A DNA stretch of 29,773 bases from an uncultured Bacilli bacterium (GTDB lineage: Bacteria > Bacillota_I > Bacilli_A > RF39 > UBA660): assembly GCA_947628635.1 (NCBI GenBank), contig CANRAX010000001.1, positions 1-29,773 of the forward strand, written 5' to 3'. The notes beneath the pieces are model-generated. The model was not told where the DNA came from. It saw only the letters and a list, made by a program, of their open reading frames with translations, and made no database searches. Every line of letters starts with the position of its first letter. Within the stretch, counting starts at the first letter, position 1. This document shows, one piece after another, positions 16,799-25,400 of this stretch. The translations under genes and the position numbers were made by a program.

Positions 16799-17254
16799 AT
16801 GTTTGATAATAATCTTAAATGGTGCCGTGAAAATTTAGAGATGACACAAAAAGAATTGGGTTTTATTTTTGGAATTAGCGATAAAACTATTTCTAATTGG
16901 GAAACGGCAAGTGATCCAATACCATTTAATAAATTAATTAAATTTTGTAATTTGTATGGATATTCCTTAGATTTTGTGTTAGGTCTTACAAAGAAAAACA
17001 AGAAATACGATGTTCCTATTGAAACAGATAAGAAGGAAATTGGCAAAAAGCTCAAAAAACTTAGAAAAGATTTAAATTTGTCGCAACTAAAATTTGCGAG
17101 TAAATGTGGGTTATCACAAACTACTTATAGTCATTATGAAACTGGTCTTAATCTGATAACAACAACGGCAGCATATGCAATTTCTAAAATTTATAATGTA
17201 TCTTTGGATGATTTAGTTGGAAGAGAAAATAAATTAGAACAAAATGATTTATAA
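16799..17254 (+). CDS. Tandem double XRE (HTH_3) domain regulator
   Basis: Two HTH_3 units: LKWCRENLEMTQKELG...ISNWE and LKKLRKDLNLSQLKFA...YSHYETG. Confidence 0.85.
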   Translation: MFDNNLKWCRENLEMTQKELGFIFGISDKTISNWETASDPIPFNKLIKFCNLYGYSLDFVLGLTKKNKKYDVPIETDKKEIGKKLKKLRKDLNLSQLKFASKCGLSQTTYSHYETGLNLITTTAAYAISKIYNVSLDDLVGRENKLEQNDL

Positions 17255-17334
17255 ATAATACAAATGATTATTATAGTAAGCTTATTATCCTATTTTTATA
17301 AGTTGGATTAATTTCTATATTTTAATATCATATT

Positions 17335-17369
17335 AAAAAATAGCCATTACTTGATGATAGCTATTTTTT
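17335..17369. terminator. Bidirectional intrinsic terminator
   Basis: AAAAAATAGC (17335-17344) and GCTATTTTTT (17360-17369) between convergent genes. Confidence 0.7.
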
Positions 17370-17423
17370 TATTTTAAGTAAAGTTTTAGGTATATTTTTT
17401 AATTTTATATCAATAGTTTATTT

Positions 17424-19088
17424 TTAATTAAACCAAAAGTTAGAAAAATCATACTTTAAAACACGATAAATCATATATTTATTCATCTTAGCAGTGAATT
17501 TTTTTATTAAATTATGATTTTCATCATATTCCGCAAATACGCCTTTAGTACCAGAGTCAATAACAATATTGTTGTTGCTCATAGTTTGTACACTACTTAC
17601 TATACCTGAATACTCAACTGGAAAACTATCAATTAATTCAAAAGTTTTATTATTTTCATTTACTTTATAAACATAATAGTAAGATTGATCACCTTGAAAT
17701 GGATTATTATTAGTAATTCCAATATCAGTGTATGAAAAATTAGGTTGACTATTTGAAACACCATAGTTATTATTATAGAAAGTTAATAAAAATTCGCCTT
17801 CGTTGGAGCTAGGACTGTATCGAACACTATGTTGACCAGCATGAACTTTAAAATCACCTATTTTTTCAAAAACCAAATCAGCAAAAGAAGTATCTTTCCA
17901 AAATTCTTTATTTGATAGCATATATTCGATCTTAGGTTCATTTAAAATATTAGATACTTTTATAATAGAAGAAGTTTCACGACTACTTACAAAAACATTG
18001 CCATTAACGTACTCAATTGAATTAAGATGAAGCCAATCTAGACCATCTTCTCCTTCATCTCTTTGACTTTTAGTATCAAGCTCACATGTAGCAACATAAC
18101 TCTTAAAAATATTTTCAAAATCAACAAGCTCAGTAACCTTGTTCGTTTTTCTATCAATTTTTATAATACAATCTTCTTCAGTCTCTTTTTTTGTATTATT
18201 GGCTAAAACTAAAAGATTTTTATCATCATCAAAAACATAATCATGATGAAGTTGATATTTTCCCGTACGATAAATATTAGTTACTTCTCCTAAGTTATTA
18301 ATCTCAGCAATTTTTGTTTGAGAAATACTAAAAAGCATTTTATCATCGTCAAATAAAATAGAATGAGCTCGGTAACCAATAATAGGTATTTCACTACGTA
18401 TAATGCCATTATTATCATATAAAGCTAAATAATCTTCTTCATCAGAATCATTACCAAGCATTGCGTAAAGACCATCACTTAATGCATTGGTACTATTACC
18501 AGTTTCTACTTTTAATTTTTCTTCAGCCAATATATTAATTTTACTTAAATCAATGGTAAAATTAAAATTTTTATTATCTTTTGAAGTAGTCGCTTCTATA
18601 TTAACACTGTTCTTACTACCAGGAATTAAACCAATTAATTGATAAGAACTTTTATTTTCTTTTTGAACAAGTTCTTTAGAATAATCTTCAATATTATCTT
18701 TACTTGATTTTATAGTATAATTTAAATTTTCAAAATCAGAAGTATTTTTAAAATAGATATTTACACTTAACTTATTAGTGCCATAAGGGTTATAAATAAT
18801 AAGATAATCATCCTTTAAGTCCGATAGCAATTCATTAATTTTTTCTCTCACAGTTTGCTGATACTCTAAGTTGTAAATGGAGATGTTTTTATTTTTGGTT
18901 ACAGAATAAATGTTATTTCCTAATGATTTGTCCTTAATAATAGTTACGTTTCTTCTAAGCCAATCTTTATTATTTAAGTTAGATTGCACATAATTTTTAC
19001 TTATAAAAAAAGCTAGTAAACTAACAAGGCAAATGAACAAAATGCTTGATGAAATAATAATTATTTTTTTAATAGTTGTTTTTTTCAT
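17424..19088 (-). CDS. Aryl-sulfate sulfotransferase (AssT-like), N-terminally membrane anchored
   Basis: YNPYGTNKLS N-terminal domain, QLHHDY, DWLHLNSI...SSR and HAGQH. These His/Arg motifs parallel the PAPS-independent ASST catalytic set. Confidence 0.8.
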   Translation of the reverse strand: MKKTTIKKIIIISSSILFICLVSLLAFFISKNYVQSNLNNKDWLRRNVTIIKDKSLGNNIYSVTKNKNISIYNLEYQQTVREKINELLSDLKDDYLIIYNPYGTNKLSVNIYFKNTSDFENLNYTIKSSKDNIEDYSKELVQKENKSSYQLIGLIPGSKNSVNIEATTSKDNKNFNFTIDLSKINILAEEKLKVETGNSTNALSDGLYAMLGNDSDEEDYLALYDNNGIIRSEIPIIGYRAHSILFDDDKMLFSISQTKIAEINNLGEVTNIYRTGKYQLHHDYVFDDDKNLLVLANNTKKETEEDCIIKIDRKTNKVTELVDFENIFKSYVATCELDTKSQRDEGEDGLDWLHLNSIEYVNGNVFVSSRETSSIIKVSNILNEPKIEYMLSNKEFWKDTSFADLVFEKIGDFKVHAGQHSVRYSPSSNEGEFLLTFYNNNYGVSNSQPNFSYTDIGITNNNPFQGDQSYYYVYKVNENNKTFELIDSFPVEYSGIVSSVQTMSNNNIVIDSGTKGVFAEYDENHNLIKKFTAKMNKYMIYRVLKYDFSNFWFN

Positions 19089-19176
19089 AATACCTCCTAA
19101 AATTAATATATTATTTAGATAATAGCAAGTAATTGTGTTTTTTTTGTGAAAAAGAAAAAAGAAAATTTATTTCTTT

Positions 19177-20367
19177 TTAGGCAAAGTTAACTTTTATATT
19201 AACTACTTCTGGTTTGGTACCAACACGCATATTTGGACCATATAGGCCAATTCCACTAGTAACAATACTGTGAAAATTAGCAATTTTTTTAAGTCCATAA
19301 GGATTTTCCCATAAAATATTAGTTAAAATTGTACCCGGAAAAACTTGACCATTGTGGGTATGCCCAGATAAATCCAGATCAATATGAGCTTCGGCTAATT
19401 CATGAAGTTCTCTAGGCTCATGATCAATTAATATAATAGGCTTTGTTAAGTCCATGTTTGATGTTATTTCATTCGGTGTTTTTCTTTTTGTAATTCCACG
19501 ACCTAAACGCTTATAATCAGGACGACCATAAATATATATTTCATTTTTTAACATAATGTATTCATCACGTAAAAGTTTAATATTAGAATCCTTTAACATC
19601 TTATCCATACGTTTATCGCTTACTTTTAATGATTTATAATTAAATGTAAATCCAGCTAAAGTTTTTTCATCAATATCATGATTTCCATATACAGCATATA
19701 CTCCATATTTAGATTTTATTTGCTTAAATAACTTTACTATCTTAGAAGGATTATCCACTGCATCAAAATCATTATCAAAAATGTCTCCTGCCATAATAAC
19801 AATATCAGCATTTTGAGCATTAATTTTATCAACTATTCTTGCAATTTGACGATAACCGAGATTATAACCAATATGTAAATCAGATATTAATACTATATTT
19901 AAATTTTCAAAATTAGAAACTTTTTTATTAATATTAATTTCATAATTAGTTGTACGTATTACTCTAGCATTTATGGTTCCATAAAAACAAATGGCCATTA
20001 TTAATAAAATACTAATAAAGCCACTAATTTTATAAACTTTAGTATTCTTAGTTTTTTGATATGGTACTTTTTTTATCTTAAAATAGACCACTTTAAACAA
20101 ATAATTTAAAGAAAAAATTATCGATGAATAAAGTAAAATGCCAAGCCAAAAGTTGCCTATACCACTAGCAAAATATTTTATTTTACTTTTTGGTAATAAA
20201 AAACTAATTAAAATTAGACACGAAAAAAAAGCATAAATTAGTGAAATAAGAAATATTACTTGCTTTTTTTTAAATATATTTTGACAATTACCTAACCAAA
20301 TAATTAAACGCCATAATATATAGATGTGTAATACTATATAAATAGGTGATATGATAAGCGCTATCAT
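19177..20367 (-). CDS. Membrane-anchored metallophosphoesterase (calcineurin-like, YkuE type)
   Basis: SDLH, AGDIFD, GNHD, DHEP and SGHTHNGQ motifs after 4 TM helices. Confidence 0.92.
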   Translation of the reverse strand: MIALIISPIYIVLHIYILWRLIIWLGNCQNIFKKKQVIFLISLIYAFFSCLILISFLLPKSKIKYFASGIGNFWLGILLYSSIIFSLNYLFKVVYFKIKKVPYQKTKNTKVYKISGFISILLIMAICFYGTINARVIRTTNYEININKKVSNFENLNIVLISDLHIGYNLGYRQIARIVDKINAQNADIVIMAGDIFDNDFDAVDNPSKIVKLFKQIKSKYGVYAVYGNHDIDEKTLAGFTFNYKSLKVSDKRMDKMLKDSNIKLLRDEYIMLKNEIYIYGRPDYKRLGRGITKRKTPNEITSNMDLTKPIILIDHEPRELHELAEAHIDLDLSGHTHNGQVFPGTILTNILWENPYGLKKIANFHSIVTSGIGLYGPNMRVGTKPEVVNIKVNFA

Positions 20368-22143
20368 TTATAACCTCCGATGTTGTAAATTTTGATAAAA
20401 ATAAGCATAATTAGTGATACCTTTTCCTTCATTAGGATAATAATGTGAATAACACTGATCAATTGTAAATATAGCTAGTAGAATAATACAAAGGGAAATT
20501 AATATTTTTTTATTAATCTTTCTTATCATATTATCTAATAATGGTGCTAAAACATATACAATAGCAAGACCACCAAGACCAAATATTAAAAGTCCTTCAG
20601 CACAAATTCGTCCATGTAAATTTAAAAAATAACCACTATAATCCCACCATTTTACTCCATTATGAGTAACTTCAAGGTAGTATGCAGTAAAATATTCAAC
20701 CAATCCGCATAAAAACATCGTTGATATAAACTCCTTTAATGGCGTTTTTCGAAATTTTTTCAAAATTACTAAAATTAAAATACCACCAGAACCATAAATA
20801 GGAAGCCAAGGGCCATGGAGAGCACCACGGTTTACAAAAACACCATCACTTATTAAATGAAGACTAACCTCCCAAAGCCAACCTATGAATGAAATTATGA
20901 AGAATAATAAAATTAAAGAAGGGATACTATAATTTCGTAAATAGTTAATATTTTCAACAATTCTTTTTTTAGTTTTTTCTTGAATTTTAAAAAGTCTATT
21001 AGGATAACTTTTACCATCAATTACATCTTGATAATAATTAATTCGATTTTTTCGTAGCTCTTCTTTTTCATATTGTTCTTCTTCTTTTCGACTATATAAA
21101 GTTATACCAAAATTATTAACTAGAAAAGCTTTGAAACCAGTATCACGTTTTATATTCTTATCTTTTTTCTCTTTTAGATCGACAATATCGGCATAAGTTT
21201 TTTCTAATAAATCTTTGTCAGCTTTTTTAAATAAATAATCATCATTTAAATATTCATAATTTGGTATTTTATTTTTTATAGCTAAAGTTCTTAAATTACT
21301 ATAATATTCACTGAAAAAAGCTACTTTATAAGGATTAGAATAAAGAACTTTCGTCATACCAAAAGTCAATAATCCAATTAATTCCCAACCAAAGAATGAT
21401 AAATCCATAGTAAAGCATTCAAATTTATGATTATTCATCATATTTCTAGAAAGCTCAATAGCCTTTTTTGAAGGAATATCAGGATTTTCCGCTACTATAT
21501 AAGGTACTAAAAAATAAGAATATCTTTTAATAAAGCCACCAACAATAGTTAAACTCCAGAAGAAAAGATAAAAATATTTTAAGAACATAGTATATGCAGC
21601 TTTAAACCATTTTTTAATATTTAAAAGAAATAAAAATCTTTGCTTTGAAACTTTGGGATAGGTACGACCTTCCAAAAAAATTCGACGAGCAATTACAGGA
21701 TAGATGTTTGTTGTAGAAAACCAAATGAAAAAAGTTAAAAATAAACTTAAAAGTATTAAAAATGCAATAGCTAAACTGGTAGATTTTATGATTGAAGTAA
21801 CAGCTTTAATTATGGTTATATAAATAGAACCCGTAGAAATAGAATTTATTAGAGATGATAATACTCCTCTAGTTCTACCTAAAATAGGATTATCAATTTT
21901 ATCTATAATTTCTTCTTTTTTTTCTTCAACTAATTTTTCTGCGTCAGTTAAATCATCTCTTTCGAAATCTTCTATAAGTAATTTTTCATCACTTGAAACT
22001 TGATTTCTTATTCTTGTTATAGATAGAGAGTCGGCAAATTCAGCACCTATAAAAGAAGCTATTAAACAGACAATAACAAAAAATAGATAATGCTTCTGAA
22101 AAACTTTTCTAGCTTTTTTCTTTAATTCTTTTCTTGTTTTCAT
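20368..22143 (-). CDS. DUF975 family membrane protein fused to a CmpB/TMEM229-like putative permease domain
   Basis: N-terminal KELKKKAR...KRYSYFLVPYIVAENP...AIELSRNMM (DUF975). C-terminal SFIGWLWEV, RGALHGPWLPIYG and WWDYSGYFLNLHGRIC (CmpB-like). Confidence 0.8.
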   Translation of the reverse strand: MKTRKELKKKARKVFQKHYLFFVIVCLIASFIGAEFADSLSITRIRNQVSSDEKLLIEDFERDDLTDAEKLVEEKKEEIIDKIDNPILGRTRGVLSSLINSISTGSIYITIIKAVTSIIKSTSLAIAFLILLSLFLTFFIWFSTTNIYPVIARRIFLEGRTYPKVSKQRFLFLLNIKKWFKAAYTMFLKYFYLFFWSLTIVGGFIKRYSYFLVPYIVAENPDIPSKKAIELSRNMMNNHKFECFTMDLSFFGWELIGLLTFGMTKVLYSNPYKVAFFSEYYSNLRTLAIKNKIPNYEYLNDDYLFKKADKDLLEKTYADIVDLKEKKDKNIKRDTGFKAFLVNNFGITLYSRKEEEQYEKEELRKNRINYYQDVIDGKSYPNRLFKIQEKTKKRIVENINYLRNYSIPSLILLFFIISFIGWLWEVSLHLISDGVFVNRGALHGPWLPIYGSGGILILVILKKFRKTPLKEFISTMFLCGLVEYFTAYYLEVTHNGVKWWDYSGYFLNLHGRICAEGLLIFGLGGLAIVYVLAPLLDNMIRKINKKILISLCIILLAIFTIDQCYSHYYPNEGKGITNYAYFYQNLQHRRL

Positions 22144-22169
22144 AAAACTCCTTAAAAAGAAAAAAGATT

Positions 22170-22820
22170 TTAATCCTTTTCTTTACCAAATAATTCTAAT
22201 AATCTAACAAATAAGTTAATAAAATCTAAATACAAATTGAAAGCACCAAATATCGCTAATTTATCATCATCTAATTGATTTGATAAAGCTTTAACTACTT
22301 TCATATCATAAGCGACATATAATGCAAAAATAAGTGCACTAATAGCAGAAATTATAACATTTGTTGTTGAACTTTTAAAGATAAATACATTAATCACTGA
22401 AGCAATAATGGTAACCAAAAGTGATACAAAAAGTATTATACCTAATTTTGATAAATCTTTTTTTGTCTTGTGACCATAAAATGCTAAAACAGCAAAAATT
22501 AGAGATGTTATTACAAATATAGACATAAGAGAAAACATATCATACGTTAAAAACAACACAGAAAAAGTAATTCCTGTTGTGATAGAAAATATCAGATAAC
22601 AAAGCATTGCTGTAACCTTGCTCATTTTTGTAATCCGAAAGCCCATGACGATAGATATAACTAATTCCACAATAATTATTGGAATTATTCCAATTTCTAG
22701 TAAACGTGCCGCAACAGATGGCACTAGTGATAAAGCATAACCACTGCCAAAAGTAATTAGTAATCCAACAAATAACCATGTGAATAATTTAGGATATATT
22801 TTTGTTAAATTCTCGTTCAT
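22170..22820 (-). CDS. Bax inhibitor-1/YccA family membrane protein
   Basis: About 7 TM helices with YVAYD and LYLDFINLFVRLL motifs. Extended -10 TGGTATGAT at about 22866-22874. Confidence 0.92.
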   Translation of the reverse strand: MNENLTKIYPKLFTWLFVGLLITFGSGYALSLVPSVAARLLEIGIIPIIIVELVISIVMGFRITKMSKVTAMLCYLIFSITTGITFSVLFLTYDMFSLMSIFVITSLIFAVLAFYGHKTKKDLSKLGIILFVSLLVTIIASVINVFIFKSSTTNVIISAISALIFALYVAYDMKVVKALSNQLDDDKLAIFGAFNLYLDFINLFVRLLELFGKEKD

Positions 22821-22955
22821 TTTAATTCATCCCTCCATCTTATTTTCTTTAGGTTTTATAAATATATCATACCATTTATTTATGCTATTTACAAGTATTT
22901 TATACCTATGCGAAGAAAAAGAAAAAAACTTTTTTAAAGTTTCTTCAAGCGCTAA

Positions 22956-23807
22956 TTATTTTGTTCTTCGCCACATATAAACTGTTACGTAAGGTTGAAG
23001 ATTATTTATTGTTGTAGCTGTTCCTGTAAAACTGTGAGTATGCCCATCACTAGTTGTTCCCTTACCAGCAGTACCTGTTGAAGTTGAGGTTGTTGAAATT
23101 GGATGAGTATGACCTCCTCCACCCCCTGATGAGCCGATATATGACAAGGCTTTAGGAGCACCATTTGCCCATCCATTTTTTACTAGCCATTGAAGACCCG
23201 TTCCTGTTTCTAATCCTAAGTTATTGTCATTCGAGTTTATTACTAATGCAGCACCCCCATGAACAAAGCTATGACTATGGCTTGGTATTTCTGCTATTGT
23301 TAAAGTATGTGAACCAGTTGTACTATCTACTTTATCATAACTGTGACTGTGACTTGGTATTTGACTTATTGTTAAACCCGTACTTCCTATTGAGCCACTT
23401 GGTGTATAGGAAACACTTTTTGCTCCTCCTGTCTTTCCAACTGTATTAAATTCTGTTTGACTACTGTCTATTCCAACCAAAGTTTGTCCTTTTCCATAGG
23501 CTTCCCATGTGCCTCCTAGAAATGATGAGGGATTTGTACTTGCAGTTGAAGTATAAATTGTTCCTACTGGATATATTTTATTTAAAAAATTAGTTAATTC
23601 ATTACTAAACTTTGTACAGGTTCCATCTATGGCGGCTTGTACATTATTTACGGCTAAGCTTGAATTATCTTCATAATAGACATCTTTACTATTTATAAGG
23701 GTTTGTGCTAATACGTATGAAGATGTTATTGAGATTATTATAGCAATTAAAAATATTATATAAACTTTTTTGTCTAATTTATTTTTGTTATTCTTTTGAC
23801 CTTTCAT
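22956..23807 (-). CDS. Signal-peptide-bearing protein with a phage baseplate/tail-fibre (Gp10-C/collar-like) domain
   Basis: Basic n-region, hydrophobic h-region and VLA/QT. IYPVGTIYTS...NPSSFLGGTWE...G.TGG start, four HxH doublets, and terminal NNLQPYVTVYMWRRT typical of phage fibre tips. Confidence 0.8.
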   Translation of the reverse strand: MKGQKNNKNKLDKKVYIIFLIAIIISITSSYVLAQTLINSKDVYYEDNSSLAVNNVQAAIDGTCTKFSNELTNFLNKIYPVGTIYTSTASTNPSSFLGGTWEAYGKGQTLVGIDSSQTEFNTVGKTGGAKSVSYTPSGSIGSTGLTISQIPSHSHSYDKVDSTTGSHTLTIAEIPSHSHSFVHGGAALVINSNDNNLGLETGTGLQWLVKNGWANGAPKALSYIGSSGGGGGHTHPISTTSTSTGTAGKGTTSDGHTHSFTGTATTINNLQPYVTVYMWRRTK

Positions 23808-23842
23808 TTTTAGTTATTCCTCCACATATCTCCTTAAATTAA

Positions 23843-23895
23843 ATACGCTTTGCGTATACTATAACAAATATATACGTAAAACACATAAAAGTCAA
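23843..23895 (-). promoter_or_regulatory. Promoter of the fibre gene with TACG/CGTA operator-like sites
   Basis: TTGACT (23895-23890), 17 bp, TATATT (23872-23867). Palindrome ATACGC-TTT-GCGTAT (23843-23857) just after the predicted start site; TACGTA (23873-23878) in the spacer. Confidence 0.55.
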
Positions 23896-23941
23896 TATGC
23901 TTTTTTTAAATATTATAAAATAATTCAAAAGGTGGTATCCT

Positions 23942-24157
23942 ATGAGAATAAAAGATTTAAGAGAAGATAATGATTTACTACAAAAAAATGTTGCGGATGT
24001 ATTAGGAATTACACAAGCCCATTATTCTAGAATAGAACAAGGAATATATGAACTGTCTTATGAAGGATTAAAAAAACTTGCTATTTTTTATAATACAAGT
24101 ATTGATTATATTTTGGGATTAACTAATTATAAAGAACCATATCCAAGAAAAAAATGA
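23942..24157 (+). CDS. Small XRE-family HTH regulator (71 aa)
   Basis: RIKDLRED...QKNVADVLGITQAHYSRIEQG...LAIFYNTSIDYILG. RBS AAAGGTGG. Confidence 0.9.
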   Translation: MRIKDLREDNDLLQKNVADVLGITQAHYSRIEQGIYELSYEGLKKLAIFYNTSIDYILGLTNYKEPYPRKK

Positions 24158-24197
24158 CTCAAAAACTTTTAATGTTTTCTGAGTAATTTTAATATTT

Positions 24198-25385
24198 TTA
24201 ATCTTTGCCAAAAGCTGTAAAGGAAAGCATAAGTCCACCACAAATATTAGCTGAATGCTCATCATATCCATATTCACCAAAAGTAAAGGCAGTTATAAAG
24301 GGAACTCCCTTTGCTTCTTTTAACAATTGTTTATGAACTTCTTCAATACGATCATCTATGGCTAAACGTCTACCACCACAATGAATTAGTATATAGGCAG
24401 ATGGTTCTTTGTACAAATTTTTACGCAATTTTTTTAATGTATGACCAGTTGCGTCAATTAATTCATCAATGGTTGCTTCTAATTGAATTACTGCTGTACC
24501 TTCTACAACTTTATTACCTAATTCAATTTCATCATCTGTCATTGTTCTTGTTCCTTGGTCAATACCAAACATTGGATGACGGACAACGGTCAAATTTCCT
24601 AACGGATCTTTTACTCCTAGAGGTTTAGTTACAGATGTTTTTAAAAGATTTTTTCCTTTTAAATCGCTTAAAGATGAATTAGTCCAATTAGCATATTTTT
24701 TTAAAGCAGAAATACCATCTATCGTAGCTAGTGTTCTATTATTTTTAACTTCAGTTATTATTCCTACGTTTCTTGTTTCTCGATAGCAACCATCATACGC
24801 AGTAATAATTTCATTATCAGTATAAAAAAACGCTACGGCTACTCCATCATTAAATACTTTATCATTGCAAATAATTTGCCATTTGCCACTTTCATCATCA
24901 TCGGCAGCACTTCCTCCAAACATTGGAACTCTTCCTATAACATCTTGAATGCCCATTAGATAGTCTTCTTCTTCTTTTGGACTAGCTATCATATAAAAAT
25001 ACGCTGGTGCCCTTGTGTTATTAGCAGATTCAACTGCTTCAATGGCAACTTTGCGACCAATAGCTCGGGCATTATTGCCGGCTTCGTGACAAGCAATTCC
25101 TATATTCATATTGACATCGTCAAAAGTCAACATGCCAGCAAAACCATGATCAGAAGTAATATAGCCATCTGGAACAATGATACCATTACTACTAGTACAG
25201 CCAATAATTGGTATTTTAGTAACACTTCTAATTCCCTTCACAACTTCTTTTACATCATTTTCAACAGAAGTAAAAAGAAAACCTAATTTTGCATTAGGAA
25301 AATTTTTGGTGGAATTCTGAGCTGTTTCAACACCGGCCTTAAAACTATTTAGATTTGTGCTATAACCAACTTGCGATTTTAACAT
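24198..25385 (-). CDS. Stand-alone FIST-domain protein (FIST_N + FIST_C)
   Basis: IIGCTS, PMFGGSAAD, HCGGR and FTFGEYG motifs. RBS AGGAGG. Confidence 0.85.
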   Translation of the reverse strand: MLKSQVGYSTNLNSFKAGVETAQNSTKNFPNAKLGFLFTSVENDVKEVVKGIRSVTKIPIIGCTSSNGIIVPDGYITSDHGFAGMLTFDDVNMNIGIACHEAGNNARAIGRKVAIEAVESANNTRAPAYFYMIASPKEEEDYLMGIQDVIGRVPMFGGSAADDDESGKWQIICNDKVFNDGVAVAFFYTDNEIITAYDGCYRETRNVGIITEVKNNRTLATIDGISALKKYANWTNSSLSDLKGKNLLKTSVTKPLGVKDPLGNLTVVRHPMFGIDQGTRTMTDDEIELGNKVVEGTAVIQLEATIDELIDATGHTLKKLRKNLYKEPSAYILIHCGGRRLAIDDRIEEVHKQLLKEAKGVPFITAFTFGEYGYDEHSANICGGLMLSFTAFGKD

Positions 25386-25400
25386 AGCTTTCCTCCTATT

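Noticed and set aside
23810-23827. uORF MWRNN* just upstream of the fibre gene
   Set aside because: AAGGAG is only 2 nt from its ATG, while the GGAGG inside it is properly placed as the fibre gene's RBS.
22956-24157. Prophage or diversity-generating retroelement
   Set aside because: No other phage gene, att repeat, reverse transcriptase or adenine-specific template/variable repeat pair. The internal repeat differs at non-A positions and reflects a protein module duplication.
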